Source of the DNA: Patescibacteria group bacterium
Lineage (GTDB): Bacteria; Patescibacteriota; Patescibacteriia; UBA10025; JAHIVO01
Length of the DNA: 64,000 nt
Reading direction: 5' to 3'
Assembly: GCA_049325535.1 (NCBI GenBank)
Contig: JBMOKY010000001.1
Location: 749,942 to 813,941, forward strand
Shown in pieces: positions 50,199 to 61,700 of the stretch; the stretch's first letter is position 1, and each line of letters starts with the position of its first letter. The notes under the pieces were generated by a model. That model ran no database searches and was not told where the DNA came from. It saw nothing but the letters and a program-made list of their open reading frames with translations. Position numbers and translations under genes: made by a program.

Positions 50199-50295
50199 GA
50201 ATGTATCTCAATGTGCACTGATAATAACATTTTTTTCAGCTTTTGTAAAGGAAACAAACGCAAAAAAAATCAGCCACCCCATCTTCTCGGTGATA

Positions 50296-50676
50296 TCACA
50301 TGCCAAGTGTTTCTCGAATACGTCCGATGATATCCGTGAGTTTGACTTTTTCTTTTTCCATCATCTCGCACTGGCCGGCATCAACTGCTTGCCGTACCCG
50401 AGGATCCTCGGCATAGTTGGTCAGGAGTATTACCGGAACCAGCGCCCCCCAGCTATCCTTGCGCAACCGGTCTAATACCTCAATCCCATGCATCTTTGGC
50501 ATCATAATATCGAGCAAAATCAAATCCGGTCGCTGCGCCAATGCCGCACCGAGGCCCTCTTCACCATTTTGCGCCTCATATACGGAAAAATTCTGCTTTT
50601 CCAGCTCCTGGCGCAGTACCTGACGAATAGGCAATTCATCTTCTATGATCAAAATTCGTTTTGATGGAGTCCCCAT
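50296..50676 (-). CDS. Single-domain response regulator
   Basis: IIEDE, LLDIMMPKMHG, LLTN, conserved Lys. Confidence 0.93.
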   Translation of the reverse strand: MGTPSKRILIIEDELPIRQVLRQELEKQNFSVYEAQNGEEGLGAALAQRPDLILLDIMMPKMHGIEVLDRLRKDSWGALVPVILLTNYAEDPRVRQAVDAGQCEMMEKEKVKLTDIIGRIRETLGM

Positions 50677-50699
50677 ACAGACGTAGTGTAGCGCGACCG

Positions 50700-51899
50700 C
50701 TATTTATCCGCAAGCGTGCGACCCCGGGGATTATTTTTTTCCATTTTCCGTGCCGCTGCCTGTTGCTCGTTTTTCAATACTACTTCTTTAAATTTGCGAA
50801 ATGAATAAGCCATCTCATCAAATGCCCGCGAAAGTTCCCCGATCTCGTCAGCATCCTTCGTTCCGACCATATATTCCAGATTTCCCTTGCGGATGATGTC
50901 CACCCCTTCTTTCAATTTCACGATTGGTCGGCTGATCCGGCGACCCAGCCAGAGCGATAAAAGATACACGATGACGATAACTATCAGCGAAACCACGGAA
51001 ATAAATCCCAACATAGCCCGGATGGGTTGGGTGGCCTCCTGGTCCTCAATCTCAGTCATCAGGCACCACTGAAGCCGCGGCACGTAATTATGGGTGCTGA
51101 GCACTCGGACATTCCGATAATTGTATATCCTGAATATTGGCTCAGCGTGATCCTCAATGATCCCTCCCTCGCCGGCGTATTCGCGCATATCTTTGAAACA
51201 ATCACGAGTACCCTCGGAATTGACAGTCTGCTTCAGCGCCGAGTCAGGATTGAATCGCGAGGGACTGACCATGACATTGCCCGCACCAACCAGATACGCC
51301 TCACCGGTTTCTCCCAATAAATTCGTATCGCTGACGATGTCATACAGCCGATCCGGGAGAAAAACAGCAACCATCACGCCGCTCGTTTGGCCTTCATGAC
51401 TGATTGGCACCGCAATGTGAAATGTATTTCGTCCGGACGTCTCCTCATAGAGGATATCGCCAATATGAGGCCGGACTGAACCAACGATAAATTCCTTCTC
51501 CAGTGCATAGTTCTGCTCAATCCGATCTGATACCGTCGCACCAACCACAAATCCCTCGGTATCCAGGATGTATACTTCGGATAATTCCTGGAATTGCTGC
51601 AACATATGGTTCCGTAGTAACTCAGATATGGCAGCAGAATCGCACGTCAGCCCCGCGTCGACTGGAGTCATACACTGCTGGATGGCGCTCCCACCGGCAA
51701 AATCAGCCACGCGGTCGACCGAAACATCGAGGTATGTATTGACCTCGTGGGCACGGCTATAGGCAATCGTTTTCAGATTGTCAAAAACCTGGGTTTTAAA
51801 ATTGAGGGCAGAAAACCAGTAAAAGGATATGGCAGCCAGCGCAGTCAGTAACACACCGGGAATAAGGTAAATAAGCGTAACGCGTGTCTTTATGGTCAT
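50700..51899 (-). CDS. Cache plus HAMP membrane sensor with no output domain
   Basis: TM, dCache-like region, TM, then HAMP (ISRPI...DEIGELSRAFDEM); ends about 30 aa later. Confidence 0.85.
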   Translation of the reverse strand: MTIKTRVTLIYLIPGVLLTALAAISFYWFSALNFKTQVFDNLKTIAYSRAHEVNTYLDVSVDRVADFAGGSAIQQCMTPVDAGLTCDSAAISELLRNHMLQQFQELSEVYILDTEGFVVGATVSDRIEQNYALEKEFIVGSVRPHIGDILYEETSGRNTFHIAVPISHEGQTSGVMVAVFLPDRLYDIVSDTNLLGETGEAYLVGAGNVMVSPSRFNPDSALKQTVNSEGTRDCFKDMREYAGEGGIIEDHAEPIFRIYNYRNVRVLSTHNYVPRLQWCLMTEIEDQEATQPIRAMLGFISVVSLIVIVIVYLLSLWLGRRISRPIVKLKEGVDIIRKGNLEYMVGTKDADEIGELSRAFDEMAYSFRKFKEVVLKNEQQAAARKMEKNNPRGRTLADK

Positions 51900-52276
51900 G
51901 CGATTTTTTCCCGTACAGCCTTAATAATATCTTCTAATTTAGTTTCCGCTTTACTGAGCAGCTGGGCCCGACCAGTCCGCACCGCGTCCTGAACCCGCGG
52001 GTCATCGGCCACATTGGTCAATAAAATGACGGGTACGTGCTTTCCCCAGGTATCCTCTTTCAGACGCTGCAGCATTTCCATGCCGTGCATTTTTGGCATC
52101 AATACATCGAGCAAAATTAATTGCGGTCGTTCCTGAAACGCAATCATTGTGGCCGTTTCACCATTATCCGCTTCCAGTACCCGCAAACCGGTTTTTTCCA
52201 GTTCACGTCGAATAATCCGACGGATTGGTTCTTCATCCTCTACCAGCAAGACAGTTTGCGGAGCAGCCATAGGCAT
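51896..52276 (-). CDS. Single-domain response regulator
   Basis: LVEDE, LLDVLMPKMHG, LLTN; paralog of 50296..50676. Confidence 0.93.
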   Translation of the reverse strand: MPMAAPQTVLLVEDEEPIRRIIRRELEKTGLRVLEADNGETATMIAFQERPQLILLDVLMPKMHGMEMLQRLKEDTWGKHVPVILLTNVADDPRVQDAVRTGRAQLLSKAETKLEDIIKAVREKIA

Positions 52277-52286
52277 GGGTAATTTT

Positions 52287-52487
52287 CTAAAAATTCTCAG
52301 GGCGTAATTTATCTACCGAAGCAAGCATCGTCGTGCTGGCTTTCGCGATTTCCTGTATATACTCCCGCTGTTCGTCCGTCAGCGAATCGGCCGATTCATG
52401 CAACAGCGCCTCAGTATACAGTCTGATCGTAGTCAGCGGCGTCTTGAGCTCGTGACGGATTTCAGTAAATGAATCGGCGGTTGGCAT
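52287..52487 (-). CDS. Stand-alone HisKA/DHp domain (66 aa)
   Basis: H-box HELKTPLTTI, followed by LTDEQREYIQEI. Confidence 0.85.
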   Translation of the reverse strand: MPTADSFTEIRHELKTPLTTIRLYTEALLHESADSLTDEQREYIQEIAKASTTMLASVDKLRPENF

Positions 52488-52495
52488 AGATGTAA

Positions 52496-52987
52496 TTATT
52501 CTTCAATCGGGGTAAAACTATCCACGGTGCCGCAAAATGTAAAGAGGGTGCGGCAGCATCCCTCCGCAGAAGTGCGGCAGACACTGGAAAATGTCACTTC
52601 AACCTGATCTCCGACATACGGGCGAAATTGTTCGCGCATGGAATCATACTTGCCAAATCCGATTTCAAAACCTTCATTGCTCAGTATGCCGTATGATTCG
52701 CTCGGGGTCTTGTACCCTTTGATAAAAACGACACCCGTCGAGGTAATCGGCTCATTGGTGTTGAAATTTCCGGCTGGCTCAGCGGAATTAGTATTTGCTG
52801 CGGCATTTACATTTTGATTGTCAAGCCCTACCGTAGCATTCACCGTGGCATTGATGTTCGTCGTGGATACCGATTGATTGCTGTTTAGCTCATTGACTTT
52901 GCTGAAAAAAGAAAACCCAAAATACCCGATCACTCCGAGGACGACGACCGTGATCCCGATTAAAATAAACTTTTTTGACATATTCAT
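52496..52987 (-). CDS. Hypothetical membrane-anchored protein with Asn/Thr-rich linker
   Basis: N-terminal TM, N/T-rich linker, Cys-containing C-terminal domain. Confidence 0.75.
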   Translation of the reverse strand: MNMSKKFILIGITVVVLGVIGYFGFSFFSKVNELNSNQSVSTTNINATVNATVGLDNQNVNAAANTNSAEPAGNFNTNEPITSTGVVFIKGYKTPSESYGILSNEGFEIGFGKYDSMREQFRPYVGDQVEVTFSSVCRTSAEGCCRTLFTFCGTVDSFTPIEE

Positions 52988-52998
52988 AGAGATATAAA

Positions 52999-53685
52999 TT
53001 ATGGCTGCGGGATGGTATTAATAATGTCCGCGGCCGAATTGAAAAAATGTAGTTGCGTCACAAATTCCTTCGGCAATGTGCCGAGATTCATCATGGTATT
53101 CAGCAGTCCGATCCAATAATTACTGACGAAAAGTAGCTGCGGCGGCTGTTCGGTATGGTACTCGCGATTTTTCAAATGTACGATGGCGCGCATCAGTACC
53201 TGGAATGTGCCCAGTCCCCCACGGAACACGACGATAATCGGCGCGCAAGTCGCCAATATTTCATTGCGGGGTTGTGGGGAATTCACCACCGCCACCGGCG
53301 ATGTTCCGTCAATCTCTTTTTTCAGCTCGGTGAAAACTACTCCGATTGATTTTCCCTGTGCCGCGCTCGTGGTCGCCCCCATGATCCCGCCGGGACGACC
53401 GCCATTAATGATGATCCCGCCGGATTTTACTATCGTACCGACCAATGCCCGCGCTTCCTGGCACTGAGTGTGGGACTGCTCCAGGCTGCCGCCGCCGCTG
53501 ATCGCCACCACGAGACCCTCGCTCTCATAGGTGATCAGTTCGTCCTTGTGTGACTCGTGTATGGCGGCAAACCCATGGCTATGGCGCGCCGTCGCCGTGG
53601 AGATTGCCTCCCCGAGTAGCCGGCGTTTTTTCCGGGCGTACAACTCCTCTGGTTTGACAATTTGATTATTCATATCGAAGAGCAT
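52999..53685 (-). CDS. LOG/SLOG family protein (degenerate motif)
   Basis: NGGRPGGIMGA, RNEIL, RGGLGTFQV versus canonical PGGxGTxxE. Confidence 0.78.
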   Translation of the reverse strand: MLFDMNNQIVKPEELYARKKRRLLGEAISTATARHSHGFAAIHESHKDELITYESEGLVVAISGGGSLEQSHTQCQEARALVGTIVKSGGIIINGGRPGGIMGATTSAAQGKSIGVVFTELKKEIDGTSPVAVVNSPQPRNEILATCAPIIVVFRGGLGTFQVLMRAIVHLKNREYHTEQPPQLLFVSNYWIGLLNTMMNLGTLPKEFVTQLHFFNSAADIINTIPQP

Positions 53686-54916
53686 CTAAAGCATTAATTT
53701 TCGCGGCACGGCGAGCTGGGTACACCCCGGTGATGACGCTGATGATAAATATAATCGCCGCGATCAGCAGTACAAAAATGAACGGGGTATAAAATATCTC
53801 CACCGGATCGCCTCCCAGGCGATTAGCCAGATACTTCATCAGGTAATTGAGCCCCTGGCCAGCCAGCCACCCAAGGCCGATACCGATCAAACCGCCGGTC
53901 ATACCGATGACGATCGCCTCGACCAGAAATAACCGATAAATGTCGACGGCGGTGGCACCGAGCGTTTTCATCAAGCCGATTTCACGGGTACGTTCGAGCA
54001 GGGAAACGGTCAGGGTGTTTAATGCGCCGATGGCGGCGACGAACATGGCGATAGCGCCAAAACCGGCGACAATCAATTCAAACACCACAAATATTTTATC
54101 GATCTGACCGACGGTGTCCGCCACAGAGTCCACCTGGTAGCCCATTGACTCGATCTGCTGGCGCACCTGGGGCAAGGCCGCTTCATCCTCCACTTTGATC
54201 CGGGCGACATTATACTCGGCATCTTCACCGTCATTGACCTTCACCCGAGCGGCGCTATAGTCCGGTTTGTACCCTAAACTTTTCAGGTATTCCAGCGGGA
54301 CGTAGGCCAGGCTCAATTCTTTGTCTTCATTGATGGCGCCGGCTACCGTGACTAATACATCGGTGGGAACCAGCTCTTCTTCAGTCGAACCCTCAATTTT
54401 CTTCGGCACCAGCAGCCGTAAATTCATCTTTTGATCGATTGACTCCTGGGGTGTCTCAAAACCGATCAGACTCAGCGCCGTTTTGGTCAGTACAATTTCC
54501 GGTTTGTCCTCGCCGCTAAATCCATTTCCATATGAAATCTTAACCCCTTCATAACTGAGAAATTTCGGATCGGTACCATATATCGCCACGTCAGTAACCG
54601 AAGCGCCATTGGTGATTTGACCGGACAAACTCAGTGACGGACTGACATCCTTCACGTTCTCTAGATTTTTAAAATCATCTACCACCTCATCATTGAGCTG
54701 GAGCAGCGTGGACTCACCTTTGGATACGTCCAGTATCGTCAGTGCCTCCACATTCGCGATCTGGCTCCGGACCAGGCGTTGCAGCCCAAATCCTATCGAT
54801 ACCAAAAAAACTATCAGCGAAATACCGACCGCCATGCCACCGATAGTCAGGAAACTGCGCAGCTTGCGGCGGCGGAGATTGGTACTGGATAATAATACGG
54901 TAAATCCTAATTGCAT
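53666..54916 (-). CDS. MacB/FtsX-family ABC permease
   Basis: RSFLTIGGMAVGI, ERTREIGLMKTLGA, YPARRAAKINALDALRYE. Confidence 0.95.
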   Translation of the reverse strand: MQLGFTVLLSSTNLRRRKLRSFLTIGGMAVGISLIVFLVSIGFGLQRLVRSQIANVEALTILDVSKGESTLLQLNDEVVDDFKNLENVKDVSPSLSLSGQITNGASVTDVAIYGTDPKFLSYEGVKISYGNGFSGEDKPEIVLTKTALSLIGFETPQESIDQKMNLRLLVPKKIEGSTEEELVPTDVLVTVAGAINEDKELSLAYVPLEYLKSLGYKPDYSAARVKVNDGEDAEYNVARIKVEDEAALPQVRQQIESMGYQVDSVADTVGQIDKIFVVFELIVAGFGAIAMFVAAIGALNTLTVSLLERTREIGLMKTLGATAVDIYRLFLVEAIVIGMTGGLIGIGLGWLAGQGLNYLMKYLANRLGGDPVEIFYTPFIFVLLIAAIIFIISVITGVYPARRAAKINALDALRYE

Positions 54917-54918
54917 AG

Positions 54919-55779
54919 TTAGGCTGACAAAAATTGTTCGCTTCCCTGGATCACCCGTCCATCGCGAATATAGATAGTACGCGAGGCATACCGAACATAA
55001 TCAATATTGTGGGTGACCAGGATAATCGTTTTCTTGAATTTTTCGTTGAGCTCCTTAAATAAATTCATCACCCGATCGGCTGATTTACTGTCCAGATTAC
55101 CGGTCGGCTCATCAGCAATGATGATACCCGGATCATGTACCAGCGCCCGGGCAATAGTCACTTTTTGCTGCTGTCCACCGGACAGTTCCGTGGGAAAATA
55201 ATCCGCATGATCATCCATGCCGATTTCCCGCAAACGCTGCATGGCTATTTCGTGTCGTTTTTTCTTGTCCTCATTATTGATAGCCATCGGGAGTTCGACA
55301 TTTTGTACCACGGTCAGTGACCGCACCCATTCCGGCCGCTGAAACACGATACCGATTTTACTGTATCGGATTTTGGAAATTTTATCCGGTTTTTTAGTGG
55401 TCAAATCAATGCCACCAAGGATGACATGTCCGGAAGTCGGGGGCTCCAGCCCCAGCAGTGTATTGAGAACGGTTGATTTGCCGCTTCCTGACGGGCCCAG
55501 AATAACGATAAACTCCTCAGGATAAATACTAATGTTAATATCCTTCAAAACATGGATGACATTTTTACCCACCACGAATTTTTTCTGCACGTCTTTCACC
55601 TCAAGTAGCGGTTTTGATTTCTTGCCAGCTGGGGCTGCCGCCGCGGTCTGCTGTGCTAATTGCGCAATGGTCAAACCGCCACCTGTCTCGGCAGCTGGCA
55701 TACTCGTCCTCGCCAAAACCGCCGTCGGTTCGGTTATTTTCTTTTTTTGATTTTCGCTCGTGCTCGCCATACTACTCAT
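54919..55779 (-). CDS. LolD/MacB-type ABC ATPase
   Basis: [29 protein letters not shown]. Confidence 0.95.
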   Translation of the reverse strand: MSSMASTSENQKKKITEPTAVLARTSMPAAETGGGLTIAQLAQQTAAAAPAGKKSKPLLEVKDVQKKFVVGKNVIHVLKDINISIYPEEFIVILGPSGSGKSTVLNTLLGLEPPTSGHVILGGIDLTTKKPDKISKIRYSKIGIVFQRPEWVRSLTVVQNVELPMAINNEDKKKRHEIAMQRLREIGMDDHADYFPTELSGGQQQKVTIARALVHDPGIIIADEPTGNLDSKSADRVMNLFKELNEKFKKTIILVTHNIDYVRYASRTIYIRDGRVIQGSEQFLSA

Positions 55780-55780
55780 T

Positions 55781-58700
55781 TTAAAATAAGCTTCCGACAT
55801 TGCCCAACCAGGAGAAGGTAGCCTCAAGATTAGAAATAATCAACTGAAGGAACGACTCGCGCTCACGGGACGTCAGCACCGTGTGTGAATCCGATTTGGT
55901 CACGTTACCGGCCTTATCAGTCGACACCACCCGAAAATGATATGTTTTTGCCGGAGCGAGATTGGTCACTACCACCAAATGATCGAGTACGAGCTCGGCA
56001 TTCTCTTCTGTTTCATCGGTATAATCAGTACCACCCAACCCAACGCCATACTCTACCTTTGAAGTCGTGGCTTCATTTGTTTTCCAGGAAATGACGATTT
56101 GGATCTTTGAGGCATCCCCGGAACCGATCGTGTTTGACTCAGATGCGACGCCAAATATTTCCGGGGGGGTAGTGTCTTCCAGTGTAGTAAATTCCAATTC
56201 AGCGGATTCTGCCTGATACCCAAATTCGTCATTCCCCCTGACGATATATTTATACAGCGTGGCATCCTCCAGCCCGAAGAGTAGCACGGAATGATCGGTC
56301 TGTAGCGCGGCTGTTCCCTGCACCTTTGGAGCGATATTTTCATTGTAGTACTCCACTTCCGAGGTAGTGGGTACGTTTGTCTTCCATCGGATTTCAGTCT
56401 GCCCTTCGGCTTTATTTTCCGTAACCACATCGCTCACCTGAGGAAATGTCAGCGTCTGAAATGTGTAGTTGTCCGAGCTAATCGTATTGCCCGATTTATC
56501 CACGCCATTGATACGAAGATTGTACGTGGTACTGTCTGAAAGGTTTTCCAGCTTGACCGTATGAGTAAATGCAAATGAGCCGGACGTATCAGTATAAGTC
56601 AAGCCGTAATTGGTCGTGGTGCCGTACTCGATAACAGCCGTCGTCTCCTTGTTCGTTTCCCAGGAAATGATGGCATCAAACAGCCGGATATCCGACACCT
56701 CCAGATTGAGCACTCGCGGAGCCTCGAGAGTCGTAAATGACTGCACTGACGACAGGGCGACATTTTCATCCACGTCGATACTCTTCACTTGATAGTAATA
56801 TTTAGTCTGGGGTTTGAGGCCGGTGACTTTCACCGAGTGCGACTCGACCTGATCAGCGAGTCCCTGTTCAGTATCGAGCCCGCCCTCAGTCAGGCCGATC
56901 TCCACGAACGACGAAGCGATACGCTCAGTACGCCAGGTAATGGTCGCAGAATATGAATCGGCAACAGCAGTCGGCCCCTCGGTAATTTCCGGCGGCTGGG
57001 TGAAGCGGCCCTCTGGTTTCTCCGACACCACGTCGGTGGGGTCTGATGTAGCCGCGGCTTTGTCTTTGGCCGTAATCAGGTAAAAATACTCCTGCGTATT
57101 ATCGAGGCCGGTGTCGAGATACCCCGTCGAGGTGATGGTGGCGATATCTTCAAAGGTCTCATTATCCGTGGACCGGCTGATGGTATAGAATAATTCGTCA
57201 TCAGTGGTATACCCCTCCGGCGGATCCCAAGTGATGGTGATCGAGTAGCGCTTGGCGTCGCGATCCGACGAATCGGTGATGGTCACAGCCTGTGGCGGAC
57301 CCGGCGGGGTGGTGTGGGCTACAAATTCGACGGCGGCATAGTTATCATAGCTGAGGTTGCCGCCATCATCCACCGCCAAAACATAAAACGTATTCGTACC
57401 CTGCTGCGTAGCGGCATCAATCGGACCGACGCTCGTCGCTTCCGTGTACGTCACATTAGATTCATTCGGCAAATTATTGATGGAGTAATAATACCCCGCC
57501 ACCGTGACACCCTCATCCTGCGGCGCCTCCCATTCAAAAGTATAGCTATTAGTCGTATTGCTCAGTGGATCCACGGTCAGATTCAGCGGTGCCGATGGCG
57601 CGCCTTTGGTCAGGAACGTGAAATCGGTCGAATACCCAGTATTGCCGTCCTGATCCGTCCAACGCGTACGATAATGGTACTCGGTATCGGGCTGTAGATT
57701 AGTCAGAGTAACTTCGTGTTCATTGACCAGGTCGGGCGTGCCGGCTTCATTACCGTACGCCGTCGTCGTTCCATATTCCACGTAGGAAGACGCGTCGTGC
57801 TCGACGATATTACCGTACTGATCCTGATCATCCAGCGTCAACCATTCCACGATCGCCGAACGGATGAAGGGCGTGACAGTTGGCTGACCACTCATGAGTG
57901 GAGCAAATTTAAATTTACCCTCGGGTTTGATTTCCAAAACTGCTGAGTTACCCGACTGCACACCACCGGTACCGGCCGCGCGCGCAAAGTAGCTATAAGT
58001 GATATCAGTATCAAGGCTGGTATCCAAATATCCCAGGGTGTTGACCGTAGCAATCTTTGAATAATTCGCCGGCGGATCATCCACCGAATCAGGATTTTCA
58101 CAATCCGCTTCACAACGATATACATTGTACCCGGTCACTCCCGACCCGACATCAGCTGGTTCATCCCAGGTCAGCACCACGGAGTATTTTTGTGTGGCGC
58201 GATCGGACGTATCGGTCGCCGCGGCACTGGAAGGAACACCAGGCGCATTTGAAGAAAAATAGTAATTTTCCGATACGTAATTATCATAGTCAATATTATT
58301 GATCGCGTCAGCGGCGACGATGTAAATGGTGTTTTCTCCCTGCTGCGTGGCCGCAGAAAACGACAACAATGACCGTGAACTGGTTTGCGTACTGGTCGTC
58401 CAGCCGCCATCAGGCGACGGCGTGGCGCTGCCGGCCAAATTAATTCCGCATGTTTCCGCCGAAGGCAGCTCATTGATGGTATAGCAATAACGAAGTATAT
58501 CAGCTGAATCGCAATCCCCAGCTCCAGAACCGAGACACGTACTCGGCAAATCCCACGTCACGGTAAACGAATTGACGTCCTCCTGGGGACTGAGCGCGCT
58601 CGTCACCGGATCGATAACGATATTCTGCGGCGCTGAAGGTGCGTCGCCGGCATAGTAAAAAATTCTTTCCCGGCAGGTGACGGAAACATTATCAGCATTG

Positions 58701-61700
58701 TCCACCGAGTATACGCAAAATGAATTTTCTCGGGTCTGCGTGGCGAGCTCATCATTGACCGCGTTGGTCGGCACGCAGGTCTGCGCCCCTTCATTGATTG
58801 CATAACAATACTCCTTGATCCCCGAACCGCCGGTATCGGTCGCTACTGGCCATGAAAAATCAAAATTATTGACCGATGTCCAGCTGGCGGGCGTGGCCGT
58901 CACTGACGAAGGTCGCGACGGCGCAATGGTATCCAATTTATAGGTAAAAAGCGTGCCGCTCGAAACAGACGTATTATTATTTCGATCCTTCGTCCGGATG
59001 ATCAGATAGTATTCGTCAGACGTCAAAGCTGAAGCCGCCTGAGTGGTGACGTCCCATGATCCAGCCGATCCGTCAGGTGAGGCATAAAAATTCGTTCCGC
59101 CGACATAGGCGAGATTGGTTGGATCATCGGCATCGTCAATCGGATCTTTGGTATCGTCACTGCCAAAATATACGTAAAACCCGTCTATGCCGATACCGCC
59201 GGCATTATCAGCGGCAGACCAGTCGAAATACGGCGTTGTTTCATTTGTCCATGTATCATCGGCGATGCCGGTACCCATCCCACTATCAGTATAGCCAAGG
59301 ACCACCGCTGGATTGCTCGGCGCCGACAGGTCACTATAGTACGTCCAGCTGATATCATCGATCGACGGGGTGTACACTTGGTCGGAGGCAAAGCTGAGAC
59401 GCACCTGGCCGTACTGGGATACATCCGATTCCACTGAATAATATGTCGTGCCGCCGATCGTACGGACGTTCCCCGCCTCTTCCCATTCCCCGGGCGTGGT
59501 GCAACTAGCGTCATCACAGGTCCGCGTCTCTACCGCCAGCGAGGTATTGTCAGCTAATGTGCTGGTCACCGCCAGGGTGCCATACCCAAAAACACCTGCG
59601 GTGAAATCATTCACTTGCGATATCCATGATCCGTTTGCCTGGAAACCGGTCGATGCCGTCGAAACCACATACCGCTCCATGGCCGACGTGGACTCACCGC
59701 GAAAACCCAATATGATATTATTATCGGTCATCACCAAGGAACCGTATTCATAATACTGAAGCACGGTTCTCGTCGTCCACGAATCCCCCGACAAATCATA
59801 AACATACATTTCATCGGTATTATTACCCCGAGGCACCAGAATATTGCCCTGGCCATCCAGTACGCAGGCATCACCATAATACAAAGCAGCCGGCGCCAAC
59901 GCCATTGTTTCCCAAGTCAAACCCGGATTATCCGCCGGATCGGTATTAAACCGATATATATTCCTCGTATTATTACTTTGTACATAATACACATAATTAT
60001 CTCCACCGACAGAAGCGTACACCGCGCAAGAACCAAGATACGCTGCTGCGGTCAAGTTCGTACTCGTACCGATTTGTGTCCAGACATCATCAGTGATGTC
60101 ATATGAATAAAAGTACCGCGTGTTAGCACCCGTAATGAGGTATATCGTATCATTGCCGTCATACACCAAATCAGCGCCATAACCCGGTTCTGTAATATTT
60201 GCCGGCGCGCTTGTACGATGATTCAGTCGTGTCCATAAATCTGTTTTCGGATCATAGCGGTAAAAATACGCGATGTTATCCCCCAGGCCATCATCGCCAC
60301 TCAGCAAATATACTCCATCGAGCGCGTCAGTGGCATGATCAATATACTCCGCGTCAGCTCCGAATCGGACATAGTGCGGCACGCTGGCGCGCTTTTCCCA
60401 TCGCTCCAATTCCGGATAGTACGCATAGAAATCGGGGGTATTCAAACCGCGCGCCACAAACATCGCATCCTTCGTATCCTCAGCGTCATCATAAAAAGCC
60501 GTAGCGCCATAATAAAACCCTGCCCGGTTCAGGCCGGTTGGCAGTGCTTGCGTCCGCCAGCGGTTATCCGACACGTCATACGCCAATAAAGTGTATTCAG
60601 CCTCGCCACGCAGCACGTACAGCGTATCGGTTTCTTCGACATAGAACATGGAATTGGAGCTACCCAGGTATTTACTGGTCGGGATGTCAGCCAGGTATTC
60701 CCACTTATTTTGGGCGATGTCATAGCGCAGAAAATCGTTTGACACGTGACCCCGCAGCAGATAAATGTATCCGTCGATGTAATATGACGTCGCGCCATAC
60801 GATGTCCAGAGCGGAACGTTGTTGCCGTATGACCAGCTGCCACCTACTTCATATTTATAGAAATCGTTATCATTGTACCCCCGCGTCGCATACACACAGC
60901 CGCCGGCCGTTCCACAATAATCGCCATTGGGCACATAGGTCAGTGTGTGTCCATAGTACGCTGTTTGATCCATGTCAGGCACCGCCGGATCGCTCCAGAT
61001 ACCGGTGGAAATGGTATACTTCATGAAATAATATTGGGCGTTCCCGCTGGAAGCATAGATAGTGTCATTGCCGTCATACACTAGGCTGCCACCGTAACTC
61101 ACGATCTGCGAAACAGGATTCATCGTATCCCACGTTTTGGCGCTAATATTGTACCGCTTAAACGTCGTGCCATTGCCGGCCGTCGCAAATAAACATCCTG
61201 AGGCGTCTGTACAACCGAGGGTAACACCGTTGGGCACATACACCATAGCAGCACCACGGGTGACATTCACCGTCCCGTATGCCGTGTGTGTCTCGTCATA
61301 TGTTTTATTGGAAATAGAATACGCCCACAGGTTTTGCGAGTTATTGCCGCGTAATATAAATAATGTATCGTTGCCGTCGTAGGCGATGGTCGACCCGTCA
61401 TTGGCCGTAGTGGCAGATAGCTGCAGCGGTGTCGGAGCCTCATGCGTCCACACGCCATCGGCCACCGAGTCTAATTTCATGGTATCACCCGAATCGGCAT
61501 TGGTATTGATATTCGTTTCCGTGATTCCAACCGCCCCAAAATCCGCGCTGTCATCCCAGTCGACGGATGCCGACGGTGAAATGCCGCTGTACTCATAAGT
61601 AAATACCGTCTGCGCGGCAGCGACATTTCCCGCTTGATCTTTGGCGGCCACGCGCAAGTGGTAAATGCCCGAAGATATCTGATTGCCGTCCTTGTCTACC

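Noticed and set aside
50700-52487. Frameshifted histidine-kinase pseudogene
   Set aside because: Domain order is wrong for a single gene and no HATPase remnant is present
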